The notes: generated by a model not told the origin, from the letters alone. DNA of 64,000 nt from Marsupella aquatica (GCA_973895155.1 OZ316897.1:16379938-16443937); one strand, 5' to 3'. Shown: positions 23,655-37,698, numbered from the stretch's first letter. Translations and numbers: made by a program.

Positions 23655-26600
23655 CTACTCATCAATACCTTCCATGTAAGTTTTGAGAGTTTTCAAAACA
23701 TTCTTGGGAATTGTCAAACCTCTATCCATAATATTTTGTTCTTTGGCACCTGACTTAAACCCATACATTGCAGAATTTGCAAACTGCCAACTTTGAGTGA
23801 TAGTGTTAAACCCAAGATCTAGCTCCCAAGTCTTAGTGGTCTGAAAGCAACGTTCGTATCGAACATCATCCTTTGCATCATGCTTACCATGTTTAGGCCT
23901 CCACCATTGCACTTGGAACATAGGAGCATACCGCTTAGGAATGCTACTTAGGTGAATGCTCTTAGAAAACCTTGAAGAAGACCCTTCACTAAATTGCAAA
24001 TCTAGTGAAGAAACCTCATGGTTTGGATCCACACCACCCAAAGCTTGAACTAACCAGAAATGCCCTTTGCCATTTTTTTGCTCCCATTCATCCTCTGGAC
24101 GTAAAAACACAAAGTGACCCTCTTGAATATCTTGTAGGGGAATCCAACGTGCAAGTTCTTGCTCTTCTCGTGCACCAACGAAGGGTGTAGCTTGACCTTC
24201 CATCTCTTCCATGTACTCATTTTGAAGGTCCATCATCTCTGAATTTTGAGTAGGTTCACTTGAAGGTTGAGAGGTCCCCAAAATCACCTTGTAACTTGTG
24301 CCATGGTTAGTCTTTGGCCAGAAATCAGTTGTCAATGACAATTGTCTTTCTCCCTCCCCTTCTATTGTAAGTGCCTCAGAGAGTGCCATAACAAGCCTCT
24401 CCCAATATTTCACCAAAGGAAATCTCTCGCGGTATGCTGCAGAGGTCTCATCCTTGCAACTTTTCCTCAAGAAATCAATGTAACGATTAAGGAATGGGAT
24501 GATTTCCTCGGCTTTCTTTTGTACCTCCCCCGATATAGGTTTTGCAAATGGTTGGCCCTCCGGTAAAATGAGCGTGTTTGTGATGAGATCAGTTCTCCAA
24601 ATTGACCTCCCTGTTGCTGGAAGCCAAGGTTGTTTGACATGTGCTTTATATTGATACACTAGCACATTATCCCTCATGGAGAATAGAAATGCCACTGGTT
24701 TTGAGTGACCTTCAATCTCTTTCACTTGGAAAGCCTTCAAATAGTGCTTGTAAGATGCAACCTCCTGAATCAATCGTGGTACGGGATGGATGCTTTCACA
24801 CTCCCAAACCTCAGCCATCAACGCAAGGAGGGTAGCAACCTCTTTGTACCTGACCTGTTTGGATACTTGAGAAAATAGTGCATCCACATCCTCATGGGTG
24901 TGGCCAACCATGAGGAATGACATTTGCACAGTTTCAAACACCCCCTGCTAACAAGCTCGCTGCAAAATGCCATCACATATTGATTTTTATTATCTTTTCC
25001 TGAATTGTCCATCTGCAGTGTTAGGTGCCTTGGTAAGGGCTTGAAAGAGCTCGTAGTCTCAGGATCAACTCTAGAACCAGCATCTGTTGTGCTGGTTTTT
25101 TGGCTCTCCTGACCGTCATCAAGGCCTTGAAACTTGAGAATTGAAACATTTTTGGGTTCCAAGTAACCCGCTTGAAATGCTTCAAAGTCCAAAAGAGACT
25201 GAAATATTGGCCTAGTTGCGTTCCAATTGAAAGCTTCAAGCATGTCTCCCGTTTTGTCTCCAGTGTAATCCTCCAAATCTCGAAGGCATTTGGCCAAAGA
25301 TGTCACAGTGAAGTCTGCATCTCCAGGCCAAAGGCCAGTCAAACTAAAGTGTGCATACACTCCTGGATCCCTTCCATGGGTTAACATCCCAGTAAGGGCA
25401 ATGGGCAGAGGTTGACCACTACCAGAGAAAGATTTTGGAGTGGGGACCAATCTGGGGATCCAAGTCTTGGCTTGGTCCATCTTATCATGAATAATGCAAA
25501 AATAGTTTTGAGGATCCTTCTTTGCAAGAACCCTATGAGCATAGTAAACATATCTCCTTGACATTTGTTCACGAAGATGTCGTGCTCTTTTCTCTTCAAT
25601 CTCTGCATGCTCTTTTTTTCTCTTCTCCCGCATCAATTGATCTTTGAACTCAGTGCAAAATGTGCACTTGGCAAATGCACTGCCCTTGTGAAAGTCAAAA
25701 TTATCAAAAGAATTTTTCCAGATGTTGTACATGGTAACTTCAGTAACCTTAGCATAGCCGTCCAATTCCATCTTTGCAAATACCTCTTGAAAAATCTCCT
25801 TCTTAGTGAAACATGATGGGAGTCGATATTCGACAGTATCGGTGCCGTTGGACCCACCATAGGGAAGATGTGGCATTGGTTCTCCATTTTGGATTAAAAT
25901 GGACTCCAACAATGCACGAGCATGCAAGGTGCTTGATCGTGTCTTATGTTGCCCTTGATTTCCATGGAAACCAATTGTGCACCCAGCTTCGTACTGATTT
26001 TTGTAATCATAATACTTTGCCGTACTAAACCCATGCATTTTTATGAACGCATCCTTACAAACCACACGTCCCTTTAGAACAAAAAATCCTTTTCTCTTGA
26101 CTTGGTCTTCTCTACACCCAAAAAGATTGAAGATATGACTTGTTTTGTTGTCACTTGACATTCCATGGAATTCCCTCCTCATTGCCTCCAAGTCCTCTCT
26201 TGGCATGTTCAAGCAACACTTTAACCTGCAACAACCTTCTCTTTGGATGGAATCAATGGACTCCTCGGTGATTTTCAAAAGCGCCCTTGATTGCAAATGT
26301 TTTTTTTTTCTCCTCCAGATCCACTTTGGTCCTTCTAATGAAATTATAAGGTCTTTTTGGAGGTTTCCCATCACCATCCAAATCCGGGTCGCTCTCATTT
26401 CGACCCGATTCTATCCACACATGTGAACCTTTCTCAAGGATATCCCCGAGAAACATTTGAGATGAAATCAACAACAAAGATTTGATTTCCCACCTCACCA
26501 AACCTGGAGTACCAGCACGGATATTTGGAAATAATGCGGGATCGTTGATATTCACAACAGCTACACCCACATGCTCTGGACCAAGAAGTTCATCAACAGC

Positions 26601-27390
26601 ACCTACTTCAAAAGGAACTGTGATAACCCCTGTCGCAACCTTACGACAACGAGAAACATCATACAAGTCAACTTCCTCTGCCATCCAGTTGGAACGCATT
26701 GTAAAATCTTTCAAATAATGGAAGATCCTTAAACAGGTTTGCACCCGGGTTTGCACCAACAAACATGCCAGAACCTTGAATAGAGCCTTTTCTTGAAACA
26801 TCAGCAACATCCCACATTACCCAAGTCTGCATTGCCTCTTGCACTGTGTCAGCTCCAGGATGCGGATACGGTAATTTTCTATTTCCCTGAACAACCTCTG
26901 ATATTTGTATACTGACACGGCCAACACCGAGTCGTTCACTATGACAAGTGTCCATTGGATTGGTATTGAAGACAACTCCTTTTGATACAAGTTCATCTAA
27001 AATGAACATCTCAACCTCCTCTCCTTCAGCAAGGTTGCCTCCTTTACCACCAACGTCCATTTTGGAACATCCTTCATCCCCGTCCACTGGAGTAGGAACA
27101 CCATCCACAGCAGTTCTTTTCGGCAATGTTGAAGACCTCAAATATGCCAAGGAAGAATCCTAGATCACACACGAGTCAACTGCATCACCTAGGCTCGATG
27201 ATGTTTTGGATGGAAATGGTAGTGGACAAGATGTTTCAAGACACCTCTCGATAAGGACCCCAATTCAATTTTTCCCAAGACAAATATTGTGTATAGTGTC
27301 TTTGGGATCAACCTTTTGGATGGTCCCAATTGCCACTTCAAAACCATCAATTATCAATGAAACTTCATCCCCTCGCATAAATTTACTCAT
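23655..27390 (-). pseudogene. Sola1-like DDD transposase A, with three N-terminal repeats resembling the CACTA TnpA-type (Transposase_23-like) domain
   Basis: CCRLKCC, FAKCTFC, IIHDKMDQAKTWIP, LQMDNSGKDNKNQY, SFLMVGHTHEDVDALFS; frameshifts near 24940, 26400 and 26790; three N-terminal repeats of GxEVxx..VA.G.I....LG...VxI...LP.P....W. Confidence 0.75.
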
Positions 27391-27569
27391 GGTAGCGAAA
27401 GGATCTCTGCATCCAAAAAAATTTAAAAATTGTTCAGCTGATGTGCATACTGATAAGCACTACTCTAGATATTACAATTTTAGATCTAAACATTTGAATT
27501 CTATTTAAAGGTAAAAAATATTTGGGAGTTTATGTGTATTGGCTTTACACAACAGGATTCTAAGGTCAG

Positions 27570-27865
27570 GGATGCTCTTGGAGCGAGGCAAGGTTGCGAC
27601 GCTCTAGGGGCGAGGTGATTGAGGGACACTCTAGGGGCGAGGCGATGGAGGGTCGCTCTAGGGGCAAGGCGATGGAGGGTCGCTCTAGGGGCGAGGTGAT
27701 GGAGGGTCGCTCTAGGGGCGAGGCGATGGAGGGTCGCTCTAGGGGCGAGGCGGTTGAGGGACGCTCTAATGGCGAGGCAATGGAGAGCGGATGCCCTTGG
27801 AGAAAAGAAAGGGCAGGATGCTCCTGATGAAAGGTAAGTCTATGACGCTCTTGGAGCGAGGCAAG
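27570..27865. repeat. 27-bp tandem repeat (cgctctaggggcgaggcgatggagggt), ~7 copies, upstream of transposase A
   Basis: Direct repeats seen in the sequence; they generate the spurious SPLERPSIA ORF. Confidence 0.9.
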
Positions 27866-28918
27866 GGGAGAGCAAGAAAAGACGAGCACAATCCTGGAGA
27901 AGCAAGAATTGTGAAGGAAAAGAGAAAATATGGAAATGAATAAATCAGGGGAATGATTAAGCTGAATTAGACCATTGAAGTGTGTAGACGTGTGGGTAGA
28001 CGAGTGTGTCGTTAGGAACCCTACATTATCTAGGGCTTAGTTAGGTCCATATATTAAGATAAAGCTAGGGCCAAATATTTGGTGGATATCATAGAGAAGA
28101 AATTAAGAGAATGGTAGATGAAGTAATACCTCTCTTAAGGACTATAGAAGACGTGTCGCCAACCAAGGACACCAAAACTAATGCAATGTACTTGAAACAG
28201 GACTTTCCTTGCACGAACTCTTGTAACCATAAATGTCCAAGTCAGTCAAATCAGTCACCAAACAGAAGCAAGATAGACAAGGGCCGAAGGGCGAGACCGA
28301 GAGTGAGTAATGACCAGAAATGCACGCGCCATACAAAAGAGAGAAATGATTGGAACTGTAGAGCTTTATACCATTTGTGAGCAAGCTTTAGCCAAGTTTG
28401 TCCTGAAGGGGTTCACAACATCGAGAGGCTGAAAGTCTGATTACTCTGATCGGCATTCTGTGGACACCCGTACGACCGTGCATCATTTTTCAAAATCTAT
28501 GGATACCTATACAGCTAGGTCATTATGAGGGTTGCGAGTTCACAGGCGCGTGGAAGGGAGCAAGTGGCTGGGTTGCGTAAGGTCGCGTACGATCGGCCGT
28601 GGCTGGGGTCGTAGGTAGGATCGGCCGTGGCAGTGAGGGTATAGGAAGGCAAAAGGCAAAGACATTACCTCATTTGCCTCATTGTCTTCTTGCATCCATC
28701 TCCTCCTTCATTGTCTTCTTGCCCGGTTGCCCTGGTTTCCCTCCTCCCTCTTGCCTCGCTCATAGTAGATTTTCTTGCCTCGCTCTGTTGATTTTGCCTT
28801 GCTCATAGTAGATTTTTTTCCTTGCTCTGTAGCCTCGCTCCGTGGTGTGGTCTAGCTATAGGCGTTCTTGTATACTAGGCTGCCACATGTCATCTAAACA
28901 TTTGTGAGGCATTTTTCA

Positions 28919-31900
28919 ATGGCCACTTCCTCTAGTTCTGATGATTCTGCTAGCACTTCTAGTTCTGGGCAGTCCCTGAACTTTGATTCTAGTAAAATCT
29001 TTGAGTATGATTCTCAAGACACTTTACTAAAGATGTCGGTGGAATCCGCTTTGGCCGCCTCAAAGGGATTTCATATCACAATTCCACGTAAGTATGATTC
29101 AACAATTGATGCAAGTTAGTCTTTGAAGGGTCGCTCTTAGAGCGACCCTATCTTGCCTAAGATTTGTCGTTGTTATTGGTTGGACGTTGATTTAAGTTTT
29201 CCTAGGGTCGCTCCAGGAGCGACCCAACTTTGTTGTTGGTTGGACCTTGATTTAAGTTTTCCTAGGGTTGCTCCAGGAGCGACCCAACTTTGTTGTTGGT
29301 TGGACCTTGATTTAAGTTTTCCTAGGGTCGCTCCAGGAGCGACCCAAATTTGTTGTTGGTTGGACCTTGATTTAAGTTTTCCTAGGGTCGATCCAGGAGC
29401 GACCCAAATTTGTTGTTCGTTGGACCTTGATTTAAGTTTTCCTAGGGTTGCTCCAGGAGCGACCCAACCCACATGTTTGTTGATGCAGACCTTGTCTCCA
29501 GCTTGCTCTAGGGGCGAGGCAACACAGAAGATCTCTTGCTTTAATGTTTGTCGTTTCAATTTGTTTTGCTAGGAGAACAACTTGGATCCCCAGAGTTAAA
29601 TATTAAGGCCGAGGATGTCAAGGACTTTATTTTCCCTGGACAAGATAAGGCAGGATTTTCGTGGGCACTTGAAGTAGGGATCATGGAGAATGACTTGTCG
29701 ATGATTTGTATCAAGGCAATCACTGCTGAGACAATGAACGACAAGAAGATAGTTGCGTTGGGCCATGTGGTCCTTGTAAATTGCAGTGATAACTACAATG
29801 TTACAATCATTATTGAATCCAGAGAAAGATCTCAGTGGATGAGACTTTACTTGCCAATCAAGATGTACTCGTCAATTATCAACCTGGAGTGGATAGCACG
29901 CTCGGAGGCTAGTATTTGTTCAATGGGATTTCTTCCAGATGGGTTCACTGCAGAGGATGTTCTTGAGAGGCATGGAAGATTCAAATTGAGTGGGGTTGAT
30001 GTTGTCTTTGGATTCCTCTCTGTGAAGTGGTACATGCATGATCATCCGGACCTTATAGATCTTCCTAACACATGGGTTGTCCAGAGGATGATTGAAACAA
30101 CACGCTTTTCATATGAGCAAGCAATTGATAAGAGTTTTATTTTCTCTGATGAGTTTGACGAAGATGCTTGCATGAAGTGGATTTCAACTCAAAAGAAGAA
30201 GGAAGAAAAGCATCGAGGTAAGGGGAAGATGAAGATGAAGGCCAAAGAAGATGAAGAGAAAACAAAGAGAGCCAAGGAGTGAAGGAAGTACTAGAGGAAA
30301 AAAGGCGGCGTTGAAGAAGAAAGATAAGGACTCCAACAAGAAGCCCAAGAAGAAGGCCAAGATTGGAAAATCAAAGCCCGTGTCAGCGTCAAAAGCAAGG
30401 TTGGTCTTGGATCCGGAGGATGATACATGCCCAACAGATGCACCAGAGGAACGAGATGTATTGGAGGGGCAGAAAGCTTTGCGGAACATCGAGCAATACT
30501 ACACTTTTGGAATCAGGGAGGTTTTTGAAATCCCGGTTAAAAGTATTCTTCCGCCTACTGCAGTTTTTGTGTATCGGATGTTCAACCAGGCTCATGCCTT
30601 AGAGATAGCAAAATCAATGATGAGAAACCCTGGCCAGGAACCACATGTTGCAGATTTGATTCCATTTCTAGAGCGCACTAAGCAGTTGTTACATTTTGAC
30701 AATACCGCACGCGATCGGAAGCAATTTTTGTTTGGTGTTAAGAAGCAAGAGATACAATTTCTTGCAATCAGTGGGCAACATTCCGCAAAGGCTGCACAAT
30801 GGATTCAAGGGTGGGCAGACAAGGATGCCAAGCTAACTGATCTTGCTAGCAAACTCCAATATCGGAAAGCGAGGATCTTATCAGACCTCACTCCAAGGGC
30901 AATTTTGGTCGAGCACTCGAGCCTTTCAAATGCAGTAAATCAGACCATGCAGTTTAAGTCTTGTTTTCTAGAGACAGTTGTTCATGCGAGAAGGCAATTT
31001 GATGAATGTGGGAAACCACCGCGTCCAGGAATTGGAACAAACCAAAGTACAGACAACCAGAAATACCAGGTAAACATTTTCATTAGTTGGAACTGTAGTT
31101 TAATTTTGCCTCGCTCTTGGAGCGACCCAAACAAAATTGAACGATGAATACAATGATTGCCCCAACCATTTTCATATGGCTTTGTCATTTTCTTCGCCTC
31201 GCTCTAGGGGCAAGGCAGAGAAGTTGAAGTTTCTAAGTTTAAACATCTAACATGTTTTTTGGTGGATGAATGTAAATGCAGGATTGGTTTGCCCTCACAA
31301 AGATAACAATGGGAAAGTCAAGCTTGAAAGCCATTTTTGGGTTGCTCTTTGCTGAGGATAAGCTTTTCCATTTATGGCAAACTGTTTGTTGGGATTGGTT
31401 GGCAGGGAAGCTCCCTGGCAGGGCAGGAGAGTATGGTGGGCCGTGGCCACTAAAGTTGGTCACGCCAATTCTTTTTAGATGTTTTGAAGGGGAGATCAGT
31501 TCTAAGGATATCATTGATATATTGACCGCAGTTTATGAGAAGAAAGCACTTCTCAAGAAAGATGCCTCCAACAAGATGGATCTGGTGTCAATGCCAGATA
31601 TGGCTCATACCATCAAGGTAATGACTAAATTGAAGCAAGTCATTGTTGAGTACTTTGTTGAGAAGCACAAGGAGAAGTTTCCTGGGGGGACATCGTGGGC
31701 TTCGGTGGTCAACATCATGCCGGCCTTGGGATCTCAACTTGAGTTGACAAAATTGTGAAGAGCAGCTGGGGAGGTCTACCTTAGCAGTTTATTAAGGAAG
31801 AACATCGTGAAGGAGGCTTTCCCTCAAAGTCTAATGGTGAGATTAGACGGGTTGTACTACAAACAATTTGGTGGAGTTGGGCGCACACGAACAGAGCCTT

Positions 31901-33567
31901 TCTTGACGTTCTTCAGTGAGAATCTAATGAGGACAACCACGCCAGAGTTATTGGAAGAGGCGACGCCAATGTGTCCACTTGCAATTGTTGATTTTAGTAG
32001 GGCACGACAACATGAATGGACAGATTCGGAAATTTTTGTATTGCTCCAATATATTGTGGAGTTGCCAAGGAATACAACCATTGTAGTTGTCATGACTACT
32101 CATCCAGGGCCACTTCCAGCCAACATCTTAAGTGCCCTAAGGAAATTAGGACATGAAAAGCATTTGGCCATCCATGTTGAATACGGGAGTTATGATCGGG
32201 AAGATCGCCCAAATCCGTAGGGCTTAATTTTTACAGGAGCTATTGAGCAAGTCATTTTTGCTGGAATTACAGGTGAAGACAATTTTGATTGGAATCAATT
32301 GTTTAAGCCAGAGTTCAATTCAAAATTTAGTTTTCACCCCGATGTTGACTGTGATTTCAATATTGAAGTGAAGGCTGACAAGCAAGAGAAAAGCAAGGGA
32401 AAAGAGAATGAGACAGAGGAGCAGTCTCCCACATTTGATATGGCAGATTTATTGCGGCAAGCTCCAATGTTTGAGATGGTTGGAAGTCGAGGATTTGTCA
32501 ATCCGCATGCCAAGCCCCGACACATGCTCAAAAATATTATTGAATGTTTTTCCGGTGAGGGGGAGACTGTCCTCGATTTTTTTTCAGGAGGGCAGGTTTT
32601 GAAGGTGGCCTTGTTGGCATACAGAGATTGTTTTGTCTATTCAGACACTTTGCAAGAACACCATTTCACCCAAGCATATGCAAGGGTTTTGTGCAACAAG
32701 ATTCCCTCCCTTATGAAAGAGCGGATGGGAGTACATGGTCCTAGTAGAGCTCATCTAAGTGTTCTTTGCGGGCCTATGGACAACCCCCAACCGGGCCCTC
32801 AGCGAGTTGACCTTGAGGATGGTGAGTTGTAGCATGATGATGGAGGTTCAAGTCCTATGGTAGAGGAGGATTTTGGCGGAAATTGGGATGCTCGAGCAAC
32901 AAAAATGGTTGGCATTACTACCTACGGTGTTGAAGGGCTACCTCAACTCGACATAGTGATGTCGGGTCGCCCTGAGAGCGACCCTCCATCAAATCCTCTC
33001 AACCCTAAAGTATCAAAATTGCATCCCGAGAGACCGCAGGTATCGTGCACATTGGATGCAGGTTGGCAGAATATTGGGGCCACTACACCCACCACGGACC
33101 TACAAGTTGGTATTGCAGAAGCGATTGAAGACAACCTTCCACTTGGAGAGACAACAAATGTTGAAGCTGAAGAGGCAGGTGCTTCAACTTGTTCCGAGTC
33201 TCCTCAATTTTGTTCGTCAGGGAATAAATTGGTCTTCACAAGGATGTCAAGCGGAAGCCCCATAATATTACGCTTGTCTCAAAAGTCTGGATCTGAGATA
33301 GGTAGAACAGGATATATGAAGACAGTCCGTCATGCAACTCATTTCATTTGGAGAAATGGACCTAAAGTTGGATTGAAAGAAACGTTGGAGGATGCGCCTA
33401 AGTTAATGGTCAAACCTGATTACATAATAGACAAATTGAGATTGAGTCCAGTGTTTGCGCCGCCAACGTTGGTGGAGCAGCTTCCTGTTGGCGTCAATTC
33501 TAATATCCAAAGTGATCTAGGTGATAAAATGATAGATGAATATGGGTCATTTAGTAGTGGAGGTTAA
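28919..33567 (+). pseudogene. Spliced ParB-like domain + beta-class amino-DNA-methyltransferase-like gene (element A)
   Basis: ParB-like segment RMFNQAHALEIAKSM...FLAISGQHSAKAAQ; MTase C-terminal motifs FVNPHAKPRHMLKNIIECFSGEGETVLDFFSGG; the catalytic-motif position reads LAIVDFSR. Introns ~29088-29572 and 31070-31281; frameshift near 30270; stops at 31756, 32218, 32830. Confidence 0.7.
29125..29520. repeat. 60-bp intronic tandem repeat x5, each unit with the palindrome GGGTCGCTCCAGGAGCGACCC or a one-base variant
   Basis: Units at ~29165, 29225, 29285, 29345, 29405; related palindromes at 29128, 27575, 27845, 31110, 32963. Confidence 0.92.
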
Positions 33568-33576
33568 TATTATGGT

Positions 33577-33734
33577 TGTTGTAAGGTATAGAACAACTAA
33601 TCCTTCATTCCCTTCCATATCCTTACATATAGGCTATCGAATAGCCAGGCGGTTAGACAGTTAATGTGGTCTAACCTAAGTAGGCGTAAACCAAGTTAAC
33701 CTCATGTATGGTCTGGTTAACTCGGGTTACAACA
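33577..33734 (-). mobile_element. 3' LTR (158 bp) of a minus-strand Ty1/Copia element, with PPT at 33735-33743
   Basis: TGTTGTAA...TTACAACA termini, adjacent to CTCCCCCTT (PPT AAGGGGGAG on the minus strand). Confidence 0.85.
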
Positions 33735-34677
33735 CTCCCCCTTGGGTGTAACATGACCCGGAAAAAAGAAGAAGAAGGAATGTTGCACCCACCTCTAGCC
33801 TACTCTAAATGTAACATGTGTATTCTGAGGTTTGTGGTTTGGGGGGAATGTAACCTCATTAAAACCCCCCCTCCTCTCTTGTTGGGGGGAAAGAGTGTTA
33901 CCATTCTATCCCTAAAAACCTTATAATCATGGTTGAGTTATGAGTAATCAAGTTATTAGAGTTAAAGTTGTGTAAGGATGTCATATGCTATGTAACGTTA
34001 TTGGAACTAGTAAAGACCTAAATGTCTCATGTGTGTTTCGCAAGTAAGAGAATTTGCGTTGCAATTTTTTTTTGGTGATTGCAGTAGCGAGCGTTTGGTG
34101 TTGTCTGCTAGTGTGAGGGTCGGCTCGAAGGGATGCGCGTCGCGGAAGTGTCTCTTTTGTAGTTTTGGCATTCTGTTGCTTCGAAGATCTTGAATGTGCT
34201 TTGGTTGGGTGGAGGGCGGACTCGTGTCTGAGATTATCGATGCGCGTTGTGGTCCTGGTCGTTTGTTGGATGTCGAGGGGCAATGGACTCAACTTTCTTC
34301 CTGAAGAAGTGATGCTGGGCCTAGGCGTGTTCATCACAAGGTTGATGGTTTTCGGTTGGAGGTGTCTGCAGCTGCATTGTTGGTGGTCGTTCTTTCTGAG
34401 GTCGGATGTGGTGAACTGTGGCCGGTAAGATTTGTTCCCGACTGCTTTACAGGCGAGGTTGCGCATTGCTCCCCCTGAGTCATTCACTTTTGTGGCTCTC
34501 TTATAGTCATTCATTTTGTCATGTTGGCGCAGCTGCCGTTTCTTGTAGATGTCTGTTGTGATCTTTGTTCGAGATCTGTTCGACTGAGGTGAGTTGGTCC
34601 GAGCTTCGCGGTGTAGTCTACGGATCGAGGTCTCCCCCTGAGCAAAACGAGCGCGGCCACTGTAAGTATAAGTGTGT

Positions 34678-35588
34678 TTAATTTTGTAGTTCAGTTAAGG
34701 TCCGTAGACCTACTGAAATGGCATGTTGCTTATGTAATGTAGGAGGTAGGGATTTGGTAAACATATCGGCAATGTTCTTTGAGCTTTGTATCCATTTGAC
34801 TTGAATACTATTGCCTTGCTGTTCATGCGTAAAGAAGAACTTAGGAGCGATGTGTTTGGTGCGATCTCCCTTGATAAAGCCTGCTTGAATTTGTTCAACG
34901 CAGGCTCGGTTATCTTCATGGATTTCTGTCGGTGTTGACAGTGTAGGTATGCCGGTATTCTCATGAATGTGGTTGATAACGTTGCGTAGCCAGATACACT
35001 CCCTGCTTGACTCATAGAGAGCTATGATCTCTGAATGGTTTGACGATGTCGTGGTTAGTGTCTGCTTGCAGCTTCGCCATGAAATGGCTGTCTCGCCCAT
35101 CAGGAAAACGTACCCTGTCTGGGACTTGGCGTCCTCAGGGTCTGAAAGGTAACCTGCATCAGCATACCCAGTGAGCAAATAATTAGTATTTGATGGGTAG
35201 AATAGTCCCAGATCCATGGTACCAGCTAGGTAGCGGAAAATGCGCTTTATGCCGTTCCAATGCCTAATAGTTGGCTTGGCACTGTGGCGTGCCAGTAAAT
35301 TTACTGCAAAGGCTATGTCGGGCCTTGTCTGGTTCGAAAGGAACATCAAGACACCTATAGCAGATAGGTATGGCTTTTCTGGGCCAAGTAGTGGCTCTGT
35401 TTCGCTCCTCTTCCGGAAGAGATCCTTTTCTTTGTCAAGTGAGCGAATGTCCATGGGAGATCTGACTGCAGTGGCTTTGTCCATGTTAAATTGCCTTAGT
35501 ATCTTTTTGAGGTATGTGGACTGATGCAGTAGAATGCCATTGTGCAGGTGCTCAAATTGCAGGCCTAGGCAGAAAGAAGTCTGACCAA
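34678..35588 (-). mobile_element. Ty1/Copia pol 3' end (RT C-terminus + RNase H), Bianca-like, 5'-truncated
   Basis: TRPDIAFAVNLLAR, GYADAGYLSDP, SQTGYVF, KQTL..TSSNHSEIIAL, EDNRAC, GDRTKHIAPKFF; SSNH and KHIxPKFF are characteristic of Bianca. Confidence 0.9.
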
Positions 35589-36344
35589 ACTCTATTCTCT
35601 GAAAGATCAATTTCATTCTTGTTTAGAATGTGTACGGACCAATGAGCGAACACCACGTGGACATCTTCCCAAAAACTATATAAGAACAAGCTCGCATGTG
35701 ATTCGATCTTCATTTTTTATGACTCATTTTAGGTTTCTGAATAGTGAGTCTCTATTTTTTGTAGATTGTAGTCACTGGAACGTTCTCTTCCCCATAGGAA
35801 TCCTTAGTCCTATAGAACCTTGATACTATCTATGGCGTCTTCAGGCGATGAGTCGATTTATAGTTCTGATGCATCTTCGCCAGATGTTGTTTGCAAATTC
35901 ATTCCATCTCGTTTGATGAAGGAGCTTCCAATCTCACATAGAGTTTTGCCAGAGATATCATTTTCATCAGATTCAGAGAGTTCAGGGTCTGATTCCGAGT
36001 CTGGGAGAAGTGTTGTTAGAGCTCCAACATCTTATTATGTTTCTCCAAGCAAACCGCTTAAACGGCGTTTGCTTGGGAGAAAGTCCACTGTCATACCCTT
36101 AGGTCAGACTAGTTCACCGTGAACCCCACCAGATGCACCCAAACGTAGGCCTCGGTTTCTAATGCCAAGAACGATGTTACCATGTAGGCCCGCCAAGAGA
36201 TCTCCTTTGGTTTTTCCAATGTCGTGTTCTCCTGGAGTCCAGATAGCTTTGTCCAGTGTGCAATCGCAGTTTGAGCGAATGAGAAGTCCGACGGTGCTAG
36301 AAGTGCCGGCTGCACAGAGAATGCCCAGAGGGATCCCTACTCGA

Positions 36345-36895
36345 AGTTTGCGGAATGGAGAGCGTGAATTGCCAATTTCGTCTCCTTCGCTACCGAATTC
36401 CATTAGTGGAATACCAAGTGGGATCCGTGGATCCCATTTGGTATTCCCTCCTGAAATTTTACCAAATGGCGAGCCGGAATTGCAAAGTGGGCAACCTTCG
36501 CCTGCTCTTTCGGGGGGAGGAATGCAAAAGGGGATCCGTGGATCCCACTTGGTATCCCCCCTGGAATTTTACCAAACGGCAAGCCCGAAGTGCGAAGTGG
36601 ACAACCTTTGCCTGTTGATTCGGGGAGAGGAATTCAGAACGGGATCCGTGGATCCCACTTGGTATCCCCTCCTAGAATTTTACCAAATGTCAAGCCTGAG
36701 TTGCAAAACGAACAAACTTCGTAACTAGCCGCTTCGGGCGGAGGAATGAGAAAAGGGATCCGTGGATCGCATTTTGTTTTACACAACGGAAAATTGTCAA
36801 GCGCTGCCGTAGAACCGCAAGTGGGGCAGCTCTCACTTTGAAGTCCGAGTGGACGAATATGAGTTGGGATCCATGGATCCCATTCCGTATTCCCA
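36345..36895. repeat. ~110-bp tandem repeat x5, each with palindrome GGGATCCGTGGATCCC or a variant
   Basis: Palindrome at ~36420, 36531, 36641, 36754, 36865. Confidence 0.85.
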
Positions 36896-37698
36896 TCAGT
36901 GATATTGCCTAGTGGTCAATCAAACGTCAACTTTGGGCTTCGGAGCCCTTTGGCGCGAATGCAGTGTGAGGTTGTTGGATCTTTGGTAGGACAACCAGTT
37001 CAGAAGGGAGGAAGGAGATCAAGTGTCGCAAATGCTGCAGGTGTCCATCAAATTCCTCACAGGTTGTTGCGAAGTGCGTTGCCGCAAACTTGCCCCAAAA
37101 ATGCAAGGCTAGAAGGGAAATTGAAGGTTGTTCAGAGACTATTCAATGGTCAAGATGATCCCTCAAGTCGAGATGAGACACCAAGGCAAGGATTACGACA
37201 AGTGGGGCATACTCCGATAGAAGCAAGGAATATAGGTAGAAGATTTCAAACAAGAAATCTCCGGGTACCAATTGCTTTTCCAGAAGAATCTGAATAGGAA
37301 CTGGAGGTGTCTACCGATGCCGTAGAGGATGCTGTAGAGACTGTGGTAATTTCAAATATTGTTAAAGAGATCCTTGGTCTAGAGAGTGCTCACGAACCAG
37401 TCTTAGAAAATGTAGAGAGTGAAAGTAATACTGGAGAAGATCAAGATACTTTTGTTTTAACTTCAATGAGTCCCATGGAAACTAGTGGAGGTGTGAATTC
37501 TCCTGACACAATACAGGATAGAATAGAGGTGAGAAGACCAAGCAAAAAAATTAGAGACCAGATGATTCGAAAAGATAGACTTATCAATGCAAACTTGAAA
37601 AAATGAAAAATTAAAGATATTTTTAGTATTCCTGTTGTGACAAGTTTTGCTTGAGGTCTTTAGGTCTAGAAGAATGTTGGAAACAACGCTCTCACACT

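Noticed and set aside
29153-29572. ORFs 29153..29572, 29173..29559, 27566..27889, 45160..45429
   Set aside because: Translations of tandem repeats with no coding signal.
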